Of a stretch of 64,000 nt of DNA, positions 1 to 10,600 are shown piece after piece (the stretch's first letter is position 1; the number at the start of each line of letters is the position of its first letter). Origin of the DNA: Glaucostegus cemiculus. Taxonomy: Eukaryota. The position numbers and the translations under genes are program-made. The stretch spans positions 3,782,001 through 3,846,000 of the forward strand of contig CDPCPM010000281.1 of the NCBI GenBank assembly GCA_976551045.1, read 5' to 3'. Below the pieces are notes generated by a model that did not search any database, was not told where the DNA came from, and was given only the letters and a program-made list of their open reading frames with translations.

Positions 1-66
1 GTTACCACACTGTAAATAAATCTTAAAAAATTAAAAATTTAAAATATTGTGACTGCTTTGCCCTTC

Positions 67-455
67 ATGAGGATCGCGGCTGATCTTTAGTCTCCGCACC
101 ATTCTTCAGCACAGTCCCCATTACCCCTGATCTCCTTACTGTCCAGAAATCTATCGAATGATCAGGAGGACTGAGCCTCCGCTGCCTTCCAGGGGACAGA
201 GTTCCAAAGGCTCCACCCTCGGATAAAGAAATATCTTCTCATTTCTGCCAGCTATTCTCAGACTCTGCCTCTTGTCCTACACCTTGGCCAGGGAAACATC
301 CTCCCCGCGTCCGGCCGATCTGACGTTGCGTGTTGGAATGAGATCTCTCATTGTTTTGAACCCTGTGCAGTCATCCAGTGTCAGACTATTCAACCTCTCC
401 TCATGAGGCAAACTGGCCAGTCCTGGAACCTGCCTTGTGTATTCCCATGCATTGC
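67..455 (-). mobile_element. Decayed CR1-type LINE 3' fragment
   Basis: Reverse-complement CR1 3'-end wording (aaatctatc, gagttccaaagg, gaaatatcttctcatttc, gggaaacatcctc). Confidence 0.55.
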
Positions 456-480
456 ATGGTTTTACACAGGACGAATAACT

Positions 481-720
481 CCTCCATGGTCTGTGACCTC
501 ACATTCTACCTTGTGTGATCTTGCACCCTATTGCACTGCACTTTCTTTGTAGCTGTGACACTTTATTCTGTACTGTTACTGTTTTTACTGTACTTCTTCA
601 GTGTACTTTGTACCAACTCTGTAACTGCACTGTGTAATGAATTGACCTGTACGATCGGTTTGTAAGACAAGCTTTTCACTGTACCTCAGCACAAGTGACA
701 ATAATAAACCAATACCAATA
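481..720 (+). repeat. LINE 3'-UTR fragment (probably Rex1/Babar-type) ending aataataaaccaataccaata
   Basis: Near-identical inverted copy at 2236..2393; poly(A)-signal-like tail with short tandem repeat. Confidence 0.65.
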
Positions 721-2235
721 AGAGCAGGTATCCGGCCATTGGCATTATATTCACGCAGTTCCCGAGAAATCTCCACTTATTCCAATCCCTAGTGTAACTG
801 CACAGCCTTGACCTTACATGAGTGCGGTACTAAGTGAGATTCCTCGTCTGTGGCGTGGAGGGTTCCTCCCCACTGTATGCCAACCCAAATGATGTATAAA
901 TGCACCTTGCAGTGTTGTCACTACCACTTGTTAAATGGAGTTTCACCAGCAGTCGTCTCCGCAGTAAATTCCCCGGCTTTCTACAGGACAACGCGCCAGC
1001 TGTTTCCCAGAATAACCGAGAGTAACCCCTCACTTTAGTCCCATTGTGCGGGAGGATGAATGGAGTCTCGGACTCGGTGACCGATAGTAACCTTACAATG
1101 GAACTCCGCGAGGAACTTTAGGATATTCCTGCTTTTATGCAACTTTGCAATCAACCTGCAATTTTCCTTCGTTTCTCGTTTATTGCGATATACAATAAGA
1201 ACTCTGTAACATATGTGGAAGCGTTTTACTAACAAAGGCTTTTTAAGTAATTTACAGAAATCAACTATTTGCCTGAAATCTTCTAACTCCAGTTGTGACA
1301 CTACGAAATGAAATTAAACATCACTCTGCTCTGTGCATTGGGCAGAATTCTACACCCTTCAAATTACTAAAGTCTACTCCACACTAAAACATCCTATGAC
1401 CCGTAGGTGCTTAACAATAATTATAGAACAGGTACTTAACGATAATTACAAAAACAATGAGATTTGAACACAGAATAATGTTTTTGTAAGGTAGAGACAT
1501 CTGTATCTGAATTTGAAATGGACACGTTTGTACCGTCGGGTTCTTTTTTTCTGGCACGCTATTAAAAGACTGTTTAGCTTTATGTTGAAGTAAAACATAA
1601 AGGCATGGTGTGCTGAAACTTATTTCTTTTCGTCCTCTGCATCGGTGATTAGCAGACTCTCCATCAGGAGGATTAAAAGCCTGCTCACGATTTAGGTCGG
1701 ACTCACTCTGCCTTGAATAGTCGATATTGCCTCCGATCCGTCTCCCTGAAAGAGGGTAGACGTCGCCTGTTGCCTCGTATGATTTGACATCAGCTGTGTC
1801 GGTCCTTTCACCCCTGCGGGGCATTCAACTTCACCAGTCCTTCCTATAGGCTGCTCTGCTGAACAAAGAGAGCTGGGGGAAGTCAGTAGAATAGCTAAGC
1901 ACATTTCTGAGCCTTTTACTGAAGGGAGCTTTGTTTTCACATTCCACAAGGAGTTTGGCTCTCGCTGTAATTTTTAAACCAATGGCGTTGGGTATTTGTA
2001 TATGTGTTTGGATGGGAGAACTGAAATGAATAAGATTGAATTAATGAGTAGAAGTTACTTCCTAATAAGGCTATTTGTACGGTTATTTCGCCAGTCTTAG
2101 TCTTGATGGCCCGAACAGCTCTCTTTGATACCTTAACAACCCTATAATTCTAAGATATTTAAAAATCTAGTTAGAAATGGATCAATGCAAACTTACCAGG
2201 CAATGGAATTGTTTTGCACAGACGTCTTTTGTGCA

Positions 2236-2393
2236 TTTGGTATTGGTTTATTATTGTCACTTGTACCGAGGTTCAGTGAAAAGCTTGTCTTACAAACCGG
2301 TGGTACAGGTCAATTCATTACACAGTGCAGTTACATAGTTAGTACAAAGTACATTGATGTAGTACAGTAAAAACAGCAGTACAGAGTAAAGTG
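2236..2393 (-). repeat. Second, inverted copy of the LINE tail at 560..720
   Basis: ORFs 585..776(-) and 2185..2370(+) share GIGLLLSLVxRxSEKLVLQTxxTGQFITQCSY. Confidence 0.75.
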
Positions 2394-2494
2394 GGGTTCC
2401 GCTGGTAATACATCATTTGCTTCCCATCACAATTCCTCTTGGGAAGGTGGCAGTAGGCAGTTCTACTTCCACTTTGTCATAAACCATCACCCAA

Positions 2495-3105
2495 TCAACA
2501 TTCTGGGGACTATCATTGACCAGAAACTCAATGGCCACAGGAATATTGTGGAGGCAGGAGCAGGCCCGAAGTTTGGGTATTCTGCAGTAAGGGACTCACT
2601 TCCCTGTAGCCTAAAGCCTTTCCTCCATCTCTGAAGCACAAGTTTTGGCTGTGATGAAATAGTATGGATGAGTGCAGTTCCAACAACAAGAAGCTTTACA
2701 CTATCCAGGACAAAGCAGCCTGCTTGAATGGCATCCCACCCACAACACTAAGCATCTGTTCCCTCCACCACTAATGCACAGTGGCTGCAATGCACACAAT
2801 TCTACAAGCTGCACTGCAGTTACTTATCCATGCTAATCAGACAGCACTTTCCAAACCACTGACATCAACCATGAAGGACAAAGGCAGCAGGTTCATGCAA
2901 AGAAAATCACTTGCGGGTTCGTTCCAAGTTACCATCCTGATTTGGAAATGTGTTGTGGTTCCTTGGTATTGAATTGAGTTGAATTCTTGGAACTCCTCAC
3001 CCAACAACACTGAAAACTCCATAGCAATTCGAGACGGTTGATCACCAATATCACAAGGGCAATTAGGCTTGGTTTTACCAGTGAAGCCTGAATCGCAGAA
3101 ATGGA
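2495..3105 (+). mobile_element. Decayed L2/CR1-group LINE, 3' part of the RT ORF
   Basis: Frame-broken ILGTIIDQKLN and TIQDKAACLNG motifs typical of the post-RT region. Confidence 0.65.
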
Positions 3106-3593
3106 TGAAGAAACAAGCCATTTTCACTGCTAAGGGTTTGAAATTGAATGTGGATCACACCAGGTTAGAGCATCAGATTTCCTTTTCTAAAAGCTTTCAA
3201 TTGGAAGTTATCAAAAGTAACAATTTAAATTAAAATAACATAGAAATTGTGCAGTTCGGTTAAACACTAAAGCACCAGTACACTGGTATTAGTAATGTAG
3301 AAAATATTCTGAAGCTAGAGGCAGCTTTTTACAAATGATTTGGTGCTGCACAGATAAGCGGTTCACATGGACAGTAACTTTCATATGCATGCTTGGAGAA
3401 TATCATTTTGCAGGGTCGTTAGTTACTTCAAAAATCCTGAGTTGGAGTTTTAGTTTCTCGAAAGATTTGCACTTATATGGCACTTTTCAGAATGTCACAA
3501 ATCCAAAGGACTTTCAACCAATGAAGTATTTTGAAGATCTTTCACTATTGCAATGTAGGAAGTAGAAAAGCCAACATGCACACAACATGCACA

Positions 3594-3900
3594 GGGCAGG
3601 CTTGGTAGTGTAACGGTTAGTGTAATGCTTTACAGCGCCAGTGACCTGGGTTCAATTCCAGCCACTGTCTGTAAGGAGTTTGTATGTTCTCCCTGTGTCT
3701 GTGTGGGTTTCCTCCGGGTGCTCCGGTTTCCTCCCACATTCCAAAAGACGTAGGGTTTAGGAATTTGTGGGCATGCTATGTTCACGCTGGAAGCATGGCG
3801 ATGCTTGTGGGCTGCCCCCAGAACACTCTATGCAAAAGATGCATTTCACTGTGTGTTTCAATGTACATGTGACTAATAAAGATATCTTATCTTATCTTAT
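3594..3900 (+). mobile_element. tRNA-derived V-SINE (HE1-like), near full length
   Basis: A-box-like tggtagtgtaacgg, B-box ggttcaattcc, V-domain ggagtttgtatgttctccctgtgtctgtgtgggtttcctccgggtgctccggtttcctcccaca, and a (CTTAT)n tail. Confidence 0.88.
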
Positions 3901-4129
3901 ATACCCACTTGTCAAATAATATTAATGATTTTTCCCTCCAAACTATACTTTCTTCCATAAAATTTGCAAATTTACAATATAATCATAAGTCGCCATTCTC
4001 AGTGCAAGACATGTCATTCCATTTACATTTTACCAGCACAACATTGTTTTTCTTTCACATTCCATGAGCAGCAGGTCTGAAGGTTTTTATACAGGTTCTA
4101 ACTCTTCACTGAGCAATGGCAGGAGTGCC

Positions 4130-4720
4130 CTAAGCTGTGGTCTTTCACAATAGAGCTTTTGATGTGGCTGCTGCAGTTTTCAGTGAGTCTACACTTTGGA
4201 ACGTACTGATTGTTGATAGCTCTTTGAACTGAGCGACCAGTAGGTTTTAGCAGACCAACATAAGTCTTTCACCAAGTTGATAATCTTCCAACAGTAATTG
4301 GTGTTTGTTCTGTGTGTGTTCCTGGCATCAGTCCGCAGATCACAGAGTTCTGTGTTACAAAGCTGTTTGGGATGAGCCTCAACAAAGACCACTGTATCTC
4401 CTGCCAGAATGCATTGGCCTATGCACACTCCAGAAGGAGATGGGTGATGGTCTCAAGGGCTGTGTATGATGATGCTGAGACACCAACTGCACAAGAAAGA
4501 TCCAACACGGAGGCCCTTCTTACCACCAGCCAAGTAAAGTGCTTGTTTGAGATATCTGGTAATGACACATACTGCTAAATTATTTTTACAATAGGCTTGG
4601 GGGACCTACAGGATCCATCATCTTTTTCTGGGGACTCTCAAAGACTTAATGTGGAGACCACTACCTGAATGACATGTGGTCAAACATGTTCTCCTGCAAA
4701 AATTTTCCATCAGGTGTCAG
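4130..4720 (-). mobile_element. Decayed Tx1/L1-clade LINE, ORF2 C-terminal fragment
   Basis: Minus-strand TNYCWKIINLVKD.CWSA and WLVVRRA motifs typical of the zf-RVT C-terminal region of Tx1 ORF2. Confidence 0.6.
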
Positions 4721-5805
4721 TGGTACATCATGGACTGATTGAATGATCTGTTCTGTAGCAACATGGCCAGACCCATCGCTTGCAGCAATGGGGCAGATAG
4801 TGCCTCAGCTCATAGTGATGCTTGGTATCTGCATACCCAGTGTCTTGGCACAGCTTAATTCAATTACCACCAAGGTAGCCAACTGGATGAGGGTCACATT
4901 GAGTACTTTTCTTCAATGTGAATGATATTAATTGAGGGATAAATATTGGCCAGGACACTGGGGAGAGCCCAGCACCATTCTAAACCCCAGCAGAGGGTGA
5001 CTTACCTGACAGTGATGTTGGGAATTTTAGTGTATTGCCTCTAGAGGAAAAAGAAACAGTGAAGCTTTTTTTTTGCAAGTTTTGTGTATTGGAGTGATGT
5101 TGTCTGGCTGACAATACGAAAACTACCAGTCTTAGGCCAGAGAAGCAATAGTGTAAGTGCACCAGAAATGTGTTCCCTCTGCAACGTGATAAGGTTGTTG
5201 ATTGGAGCCAGAATGTAAAGGGTAGAATCCAAGAAAGTTATATTTTCTCAGTGGTAGGATAAATGAAAAATTAAAGGCAACAGGGTATTGAACAATTGTA
5301 ATTGATATTGACTGCAGCTTTGTAGAAATGCTGGGAGTACATTGCTCTCTACAGATCTTTAGAGCATGGGGTGTGCTTGAGAGGATCTACACTGCTCATA
5401 CCCATTGAGACAACGATGGGTAAACTCACGATGAAATCTGGCTGGGAAAGAACAGCCACTTGGCTGCCTGGTGGTCTTCTCACTGCTGATCTAAGCTGAA
5501 GCTTTATTGTAGGACCGGACTCTGCTGCACAGCGCAAGGGGAAAGTGCTGGCTTCCCTCGGCATTAGGAGGTATCATCCAGCAAAGCAACAGCACTAAGT
5601 AACAGTTGCCATGATATGTAAGTCACCAAGATTGGAAAGTGTTTGTTGTGAAATGGGAGATTTGTGTGAACTCGATGAAAAGTACCTATGTCAAGAGAAC
5701 AGGCGTTCAAGAACTTGGATTTAAGTAACACAATTCTGACTTCAATATACACGTTGTTAGGTGAAAATACTGTGGGAATAATTTATACCTTTCTGAATAG
5801 AAGTT

Positions 5806-6173
5806 TGTAAGATTATGAGAGACATAGAAAGAGTAGACAGCCAGTATCTTTTCCCCAGGGTTGAAATGTCTAATACTAGAGGGCATGCATTTGACATCAG
5901 ATGGGGTAAGTTCAAAGGAGATGTGCAGGGCAAGTTTTTTTACACAGAGTGGTGTGTGATTGGAATGTGCCCTCAGGGGTGGTAGTGGAGGCAAATGGAA
6001 TAAGAGGCATTTAAGAGGCTCTTAGATAGGCACAAAATATGCAAAGAATGAAGGACGTTGTGAAAGCAGAAGGGATGAGTTTAGTTAGGCTTTTAATTAC
6101 TAATTTAATTAGTTTGGCACAACATCATGGGCAGAAGGGCCTGTTCCTGCGCTGTACTGTTCTGTGGTCTATG
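5806..6173 (+). mobile_element. CR1-type LINE 3' end
   Basis: ttttccccagggttgaaatgtctaatactagagggcatgc...tttttacacagagtggtg and terminal gggcagaagggcctgttcctgcgctgtactgttct. Confidence 0.85.
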
Positions 6174-7079
6174 AACAGGAAAACGAGGTCGTGGTTCGGC
6201 AGAAGCAGGGCTCTACTGGGGGGTAATGAGGTTTTATAAGATATACAGGGTAAGATGGTGCGGACCAGCTCCCTCAGCGGACGGGCTCACTGCTGGGGAG
6301 TTAGTAAGGAGATGATCGTTGGTCTGTGTAATCTGGACAAATCTAAATGTCAGTTTTTGCTTTAAGAACATGACCCCACCAATGTCAGGTGTAAAACGTT
6401 TTTAAACTTAATCGATTAGAGAATTTCAACGAAACTCAAAATATTCTACAGCAGGCTGTTCTACAGTCTGCGTGCCACCTGACCAAGTTTTCTCTTTTGG
6501 GCACACTAAGCAAAAAAGCGCATATTTATACCAATTATACCAAGAGAAAGCGTTGCATTGCAGTAATTATGATGTAAGTTTTAGATGTAAGCTTGACAAC
6601 TACAGACCGCCCCGCTGATACGGGACAATCACTTACAAAACAGCCCTATTCATTTTCAGTGGGTTTAATTTTAAACAAAAACCCTTTTACGCATTTGAAT
6701 GTGATCTGAGCCACGGTTGTTCCCACGTTCTCTCCGATGTGTCTTTTCGCGGGAAAACAAAAACAGAACACAAAAGAAATCAGAAGCAAGTCAGAATGGG
6801 GCGCTGGCAGGGGGCTCGCTTAAATCGCACAGGAAACTGAAGCTGATCGGTCCTTACAAATCATCCGATCTCTGAGCGCCAAGGAAATCTCTCCACACTA
6901 CTCCTCCCTTCCATAGGCGAAAAAAAATCCTGCTACTTGGCGACTTTAAAAGGGGTTCTCCGAGGTAACTGGCGGTCAGAGTTGGCCGGGTTGATGGAGC
7001 CCTCGTTGGCTGCCAGGCGTTAGCGCGGCGGTAGCGCTGTCACCCGGAGCGGCGGTGCTGAAACTGGCTGCCCTCTGCC

Positions 7080-7632
7080 ATGTGGCCGCTGCTCCTGGCG
7101 CTGCTCTGGCCCTCGCCTCATCGCTTTGCCGGCTGCCATCGGGGCGTTTGGGAGGGGACAGGGCAGCGGGAGGTTTACTACCTGATGGACGGCCCCTACT
7201 GCGCGAAGTGGTCTGCAGCCCCCAGCGCTGCAAAGCAGCTGAGGTTCACCCAGATCAGCGACGGCGCCGAGATGGTTAAGTCCATGTTGCAGAGCGATGG
7301 TCAGGTCCTGGAGTGCTCTGCCACCGGAGATCGGGTTGCAGTCCGGTCCTTTATGAAGGACTGCACTCGCCGGGCGGCCGACTCCCCGTTAACTGGGCGG
7401 ATTTTCCTGGACCAGCAATGGGCGACCGAGAGAGCCGAGTGCCAGCGGCTCCTGCGCCAGAGAGGAGCGGCGACCCTGACTCTCTCCCAGGGAGACGTGG
7501 CTCCACGCCGGGTGCCCCGGGAGGCTCGATCCGATGGGGACGCCGTTCTCCACAGGAGGAAAAGAGGTTTCACTTACCCCGGGACCCTGTGGTGTGGGTC
7601 AGGCAATAACGCCGAGAGCTACGACCATTTGG
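7080..7632 (+). CDS. proca1: proca1/PLA2G3-like coding exon 1 (signal peptide, pro-domain, RRKR site, Ca2+ loop)
   Basis: GCCATG start, [10 protein letters not shown]..., HRRKR|[22 protein letters not shown]; donor G|GTAACA at 7633. Confidence 0.9.
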
Positions 7633-10600
7633 GTAACAGTGCTGAACAACAACATCTTTATCGCTGTGTTGTTTCATTAAAGCGCTTTAATCCCACCGGG
7701 TACTCAATAGCAGAATTGTTTAGCTGAAGTTCAGGATTTAAAGCCGATGTTTTAAAGCACCAGTTTGCAACCACAGACACGCTAAAGCGAGTAATGCTGT
7801 TCCCATGTTCCCAGTGTGGAGGAGATTTGGGTTTTACGTGACTTCAAACACAAATTTCCGCCCTTAATGCGGAATGGAACGGTCGACGTTTCGGACTGAA
7901 ATCCTGATGCAGCGTCTTTCCCCTCCACAGATGCTGCCCGACCCGCTGATCCCTCCAGCAGATTGTGTGTTTGCTCCGGCTTCCAGCGTCAGCGGTCTCG
8001 GTGCCTCCACGTTCCCAGCGTGGATTAGCTTTGGCGGAGCTCACCCTGACACTATTCCGCCCAGATTAAAGGCGGAGATTTGGGTTTGAAGTCATGCAGG
8101 GAAAACACAGCAAGGCGGGCGGCATCTGTGCAGAGGGACACCGTTTCTGCTTCTCTACCCACCGGTGCTGCCTGACTTGCGGAGTGTCTCTGGGTTTGTT
8201 TCGGATTGGCAGCAGCTGCAGCTTTGATTTGATTTCCATTGTTGGCTCCTGTTGGTTTCCTGATGCCGCCGTCAGTGGGTGTCATTCGGGTTTCCTATAC
8301 ACCCGTGTGGTGGGATTTTACTGACTGTTCTCTCTCTCTCTCTCAGGCGAGTTTTCCGAGACGGACAAATGCTGCCGGGAGCACGACCACTGTGCTCATG
8401 TGATCTACCCTCTCGCTTATTCCTACGGCCACAGGAACTTCAGGCTGCATACCATGAGCCACTGTGACTGCGATGCCGAGTAGGTAGCGGCCGCTGGCAC
8501 CTCACCATCCTTCTGTTCACTGGGGAATCGGAAGAGTGTTACTTGGGGAGGGAATTTAACGGAGAAATGCAACCCCTGGACAAGGATTCTTAGGGGGAAA
8601 GATTGCAATCATTTTTGGGATTATGATTCAAAAATTATGATGCAGGGGTTCAAAAAGGTAAGAAGGGAACTAAATATTGGAAGATAAAATGTAAGGAAAC
8701 AGGTTAAATTTGCAGATGTCTTTTTTGTCTTGCCTTCCCTCTCTCACTCTCCAAATGGTTTCTCCATGTAGGTTAAAGCAGTGCTTGAGAAGGGTCAATG
8801 ACACATCTTCGCGGATTGTAGGTCAGGCCTTCTTCAATGTGTTAGAAGTGCCTTGCTTTGACTTGGCCTACAAGGAGCAGTGTGTGGAACGGTATTGGTA
8901 TGGCTGGTGAGTTCACATTTAATGGTTGTAAGGTGGTAGGTGAAGCTGACCAGTTACTGAACAGGCTACTTGCTGGAAATTACTGGTCCTGGGCTCCTCC
9001 CAGCTGATGCACCCCTGTGCCCAGCCAGTCTTGGAGCAGAGAATGCTGGAAAGGGCAACACAAAGAACAACTGTGAAGAAAGAAAGAGTAAAAGTTTCAT
9101 TGACATGGTGGTAGAAGCTGATATAATAGGAACATTTAAAGTACTCTGGATAGGCACATAGATGTAAGGGAAATGGAGGGTTTTGGGCTGTGTAGGAAGC
9201 AAGGGTTAGATTGATCCTGGGGTAGGTTTATATTGGTTGGCACAACATTGTGGGCTGAAGGGCCCATTCTATATTTCTATGACACTCAGAGCTGATAGGA
9301 AAATTGTACTTTCCCCCTCTGCAGTCTTTGCAGCATTTTCTGTTTTTATTTTGACATTTTCACATCCACAATATTTTATTTTATTTACCAAAGAATGTCA
9401 GGGACAAATGTTAGTTTTGCACAGAACTTTTCGTTTTACAAATGTCTTTTACAAATAAAGATTAATAAATCATGAAATCAGATTTTTGCTGTATGATATG
9501 AATGGCCAAATTATCACTCTATTCTTTAAAACAGGTGAAAGGATTTGTCCTACATTGGCACAAATACCCCTCAATGTGAATTTATTTGTTTGACATGAAT
9601 TTACATTACGGTATAACCTTAAGACTATGTCATTTTCTGGTCAACCTGAGTCATTATTAAATAACTTAGTTTATATTGATGTGTAATAAACCAGGTCACA
9701 TATTCAAAATGCAGTCAAAACTGAGACTGATATACCAGGTTACCAGGGGAACAAAGGATAAAGGAATCAGATGGGAAAGTGGATGAGATTTATATTTATA
9801 TGGCACCTTTCACATCCCTTTAAATGCACCTCAAAGCTCTTGATAACTGATGAAATAATCTTTGCATGTAGTCACTGTTGCAGTGTAAGAAATGTGACTG
9901 GTTATTTGTGCAAAGCAAGATTCCAAAATGAGTACTATGACCATATGATCTATTTCCCCAGAATTACAGTAAGGCTCCAACAATGGAGGAATCCATTTGA
10001 CCCATTAAGTCCATACTAGTTCTATAGCAGAACAATCCATCTAGTCTCATTCCCCCTGTTTCTCCACAGCTATAGCCCTGCATTTCTTTTACTTTTCCCT
10101 TCTGAACACCATGATTGTATCTGCCTCTACTACTCTCCATGCTAGATCCAAACCACTACTGCACAAAAGTTTTTTTCCCCTTTAACTTCTGACACCTTTC
10201 CCAATCACCTTCATTCTATGTGCCCTGGTTTTGACCCTCCACCATCAGGAAGTTTCAGTGATGTTGACTGAGGGATAGGTATTAGCTTGGATACTTCCCT
10301 GCTCCTCTTCATCACAATATCTAGTCATCTTTATGTCCACTCAGAGAGCAAATGAGACCTCAGTTTAATATTTCATCTAAAAACAGAATTATTGAATGTG
10401 TGGCATGCCAGTCTGGATCTTTGTACCTGCAGAGAGACTTGAACCCATCGTCTTTTGACACAGAGGTGTGAGTTCTAACATCTAACTGAAAGCTTATGAG
10501 ACAATCAGCTGCAGTTTTGTTGAATGGAGAATGGAGTTCCAAGAGACAGTATGGCCGATCACTGTCCCTATGTCTTGTGTTCTTATTCACATTGAATTAA

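Larger units (their letters stand above)
6150..8500. promoter_or_regulatory. CpG-island-like region over the proca1 promoter and exons 1-2; TATA-like TTTAAAAG at 6945..6952
   Basis: GC and CpG content are visibly higher than in the AT-rich, CpG-depleted background. The TATA-like box lies about 130 nt upstream of the ATG. Boundaries by eye. Confidence 0.6.

Noticed and set aside
15-20. AATAAA as the 3' end of an upstream plus-strand gene such as RAB34
   Set aside because: A single hexamer in AT-rich DNA with no coding evidence in this window
3594-3670. tRNA gene
   Set aside because: The A/B boxes belong to the head of a V-SINE; no complete cloverleaf
6976-7609. Overlapping and antisense ORFs (6976-, 7055+, 7301-, 7313+)
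   Set aside because: Shadow frames of a GC-rich coding exon, with no recognisable homology
7080-7727. 215-aa single-exon ORF as a complete protein
   Set aside because: It reads through the donor at 7633 into intron; the catalytic residues are in downstream exons
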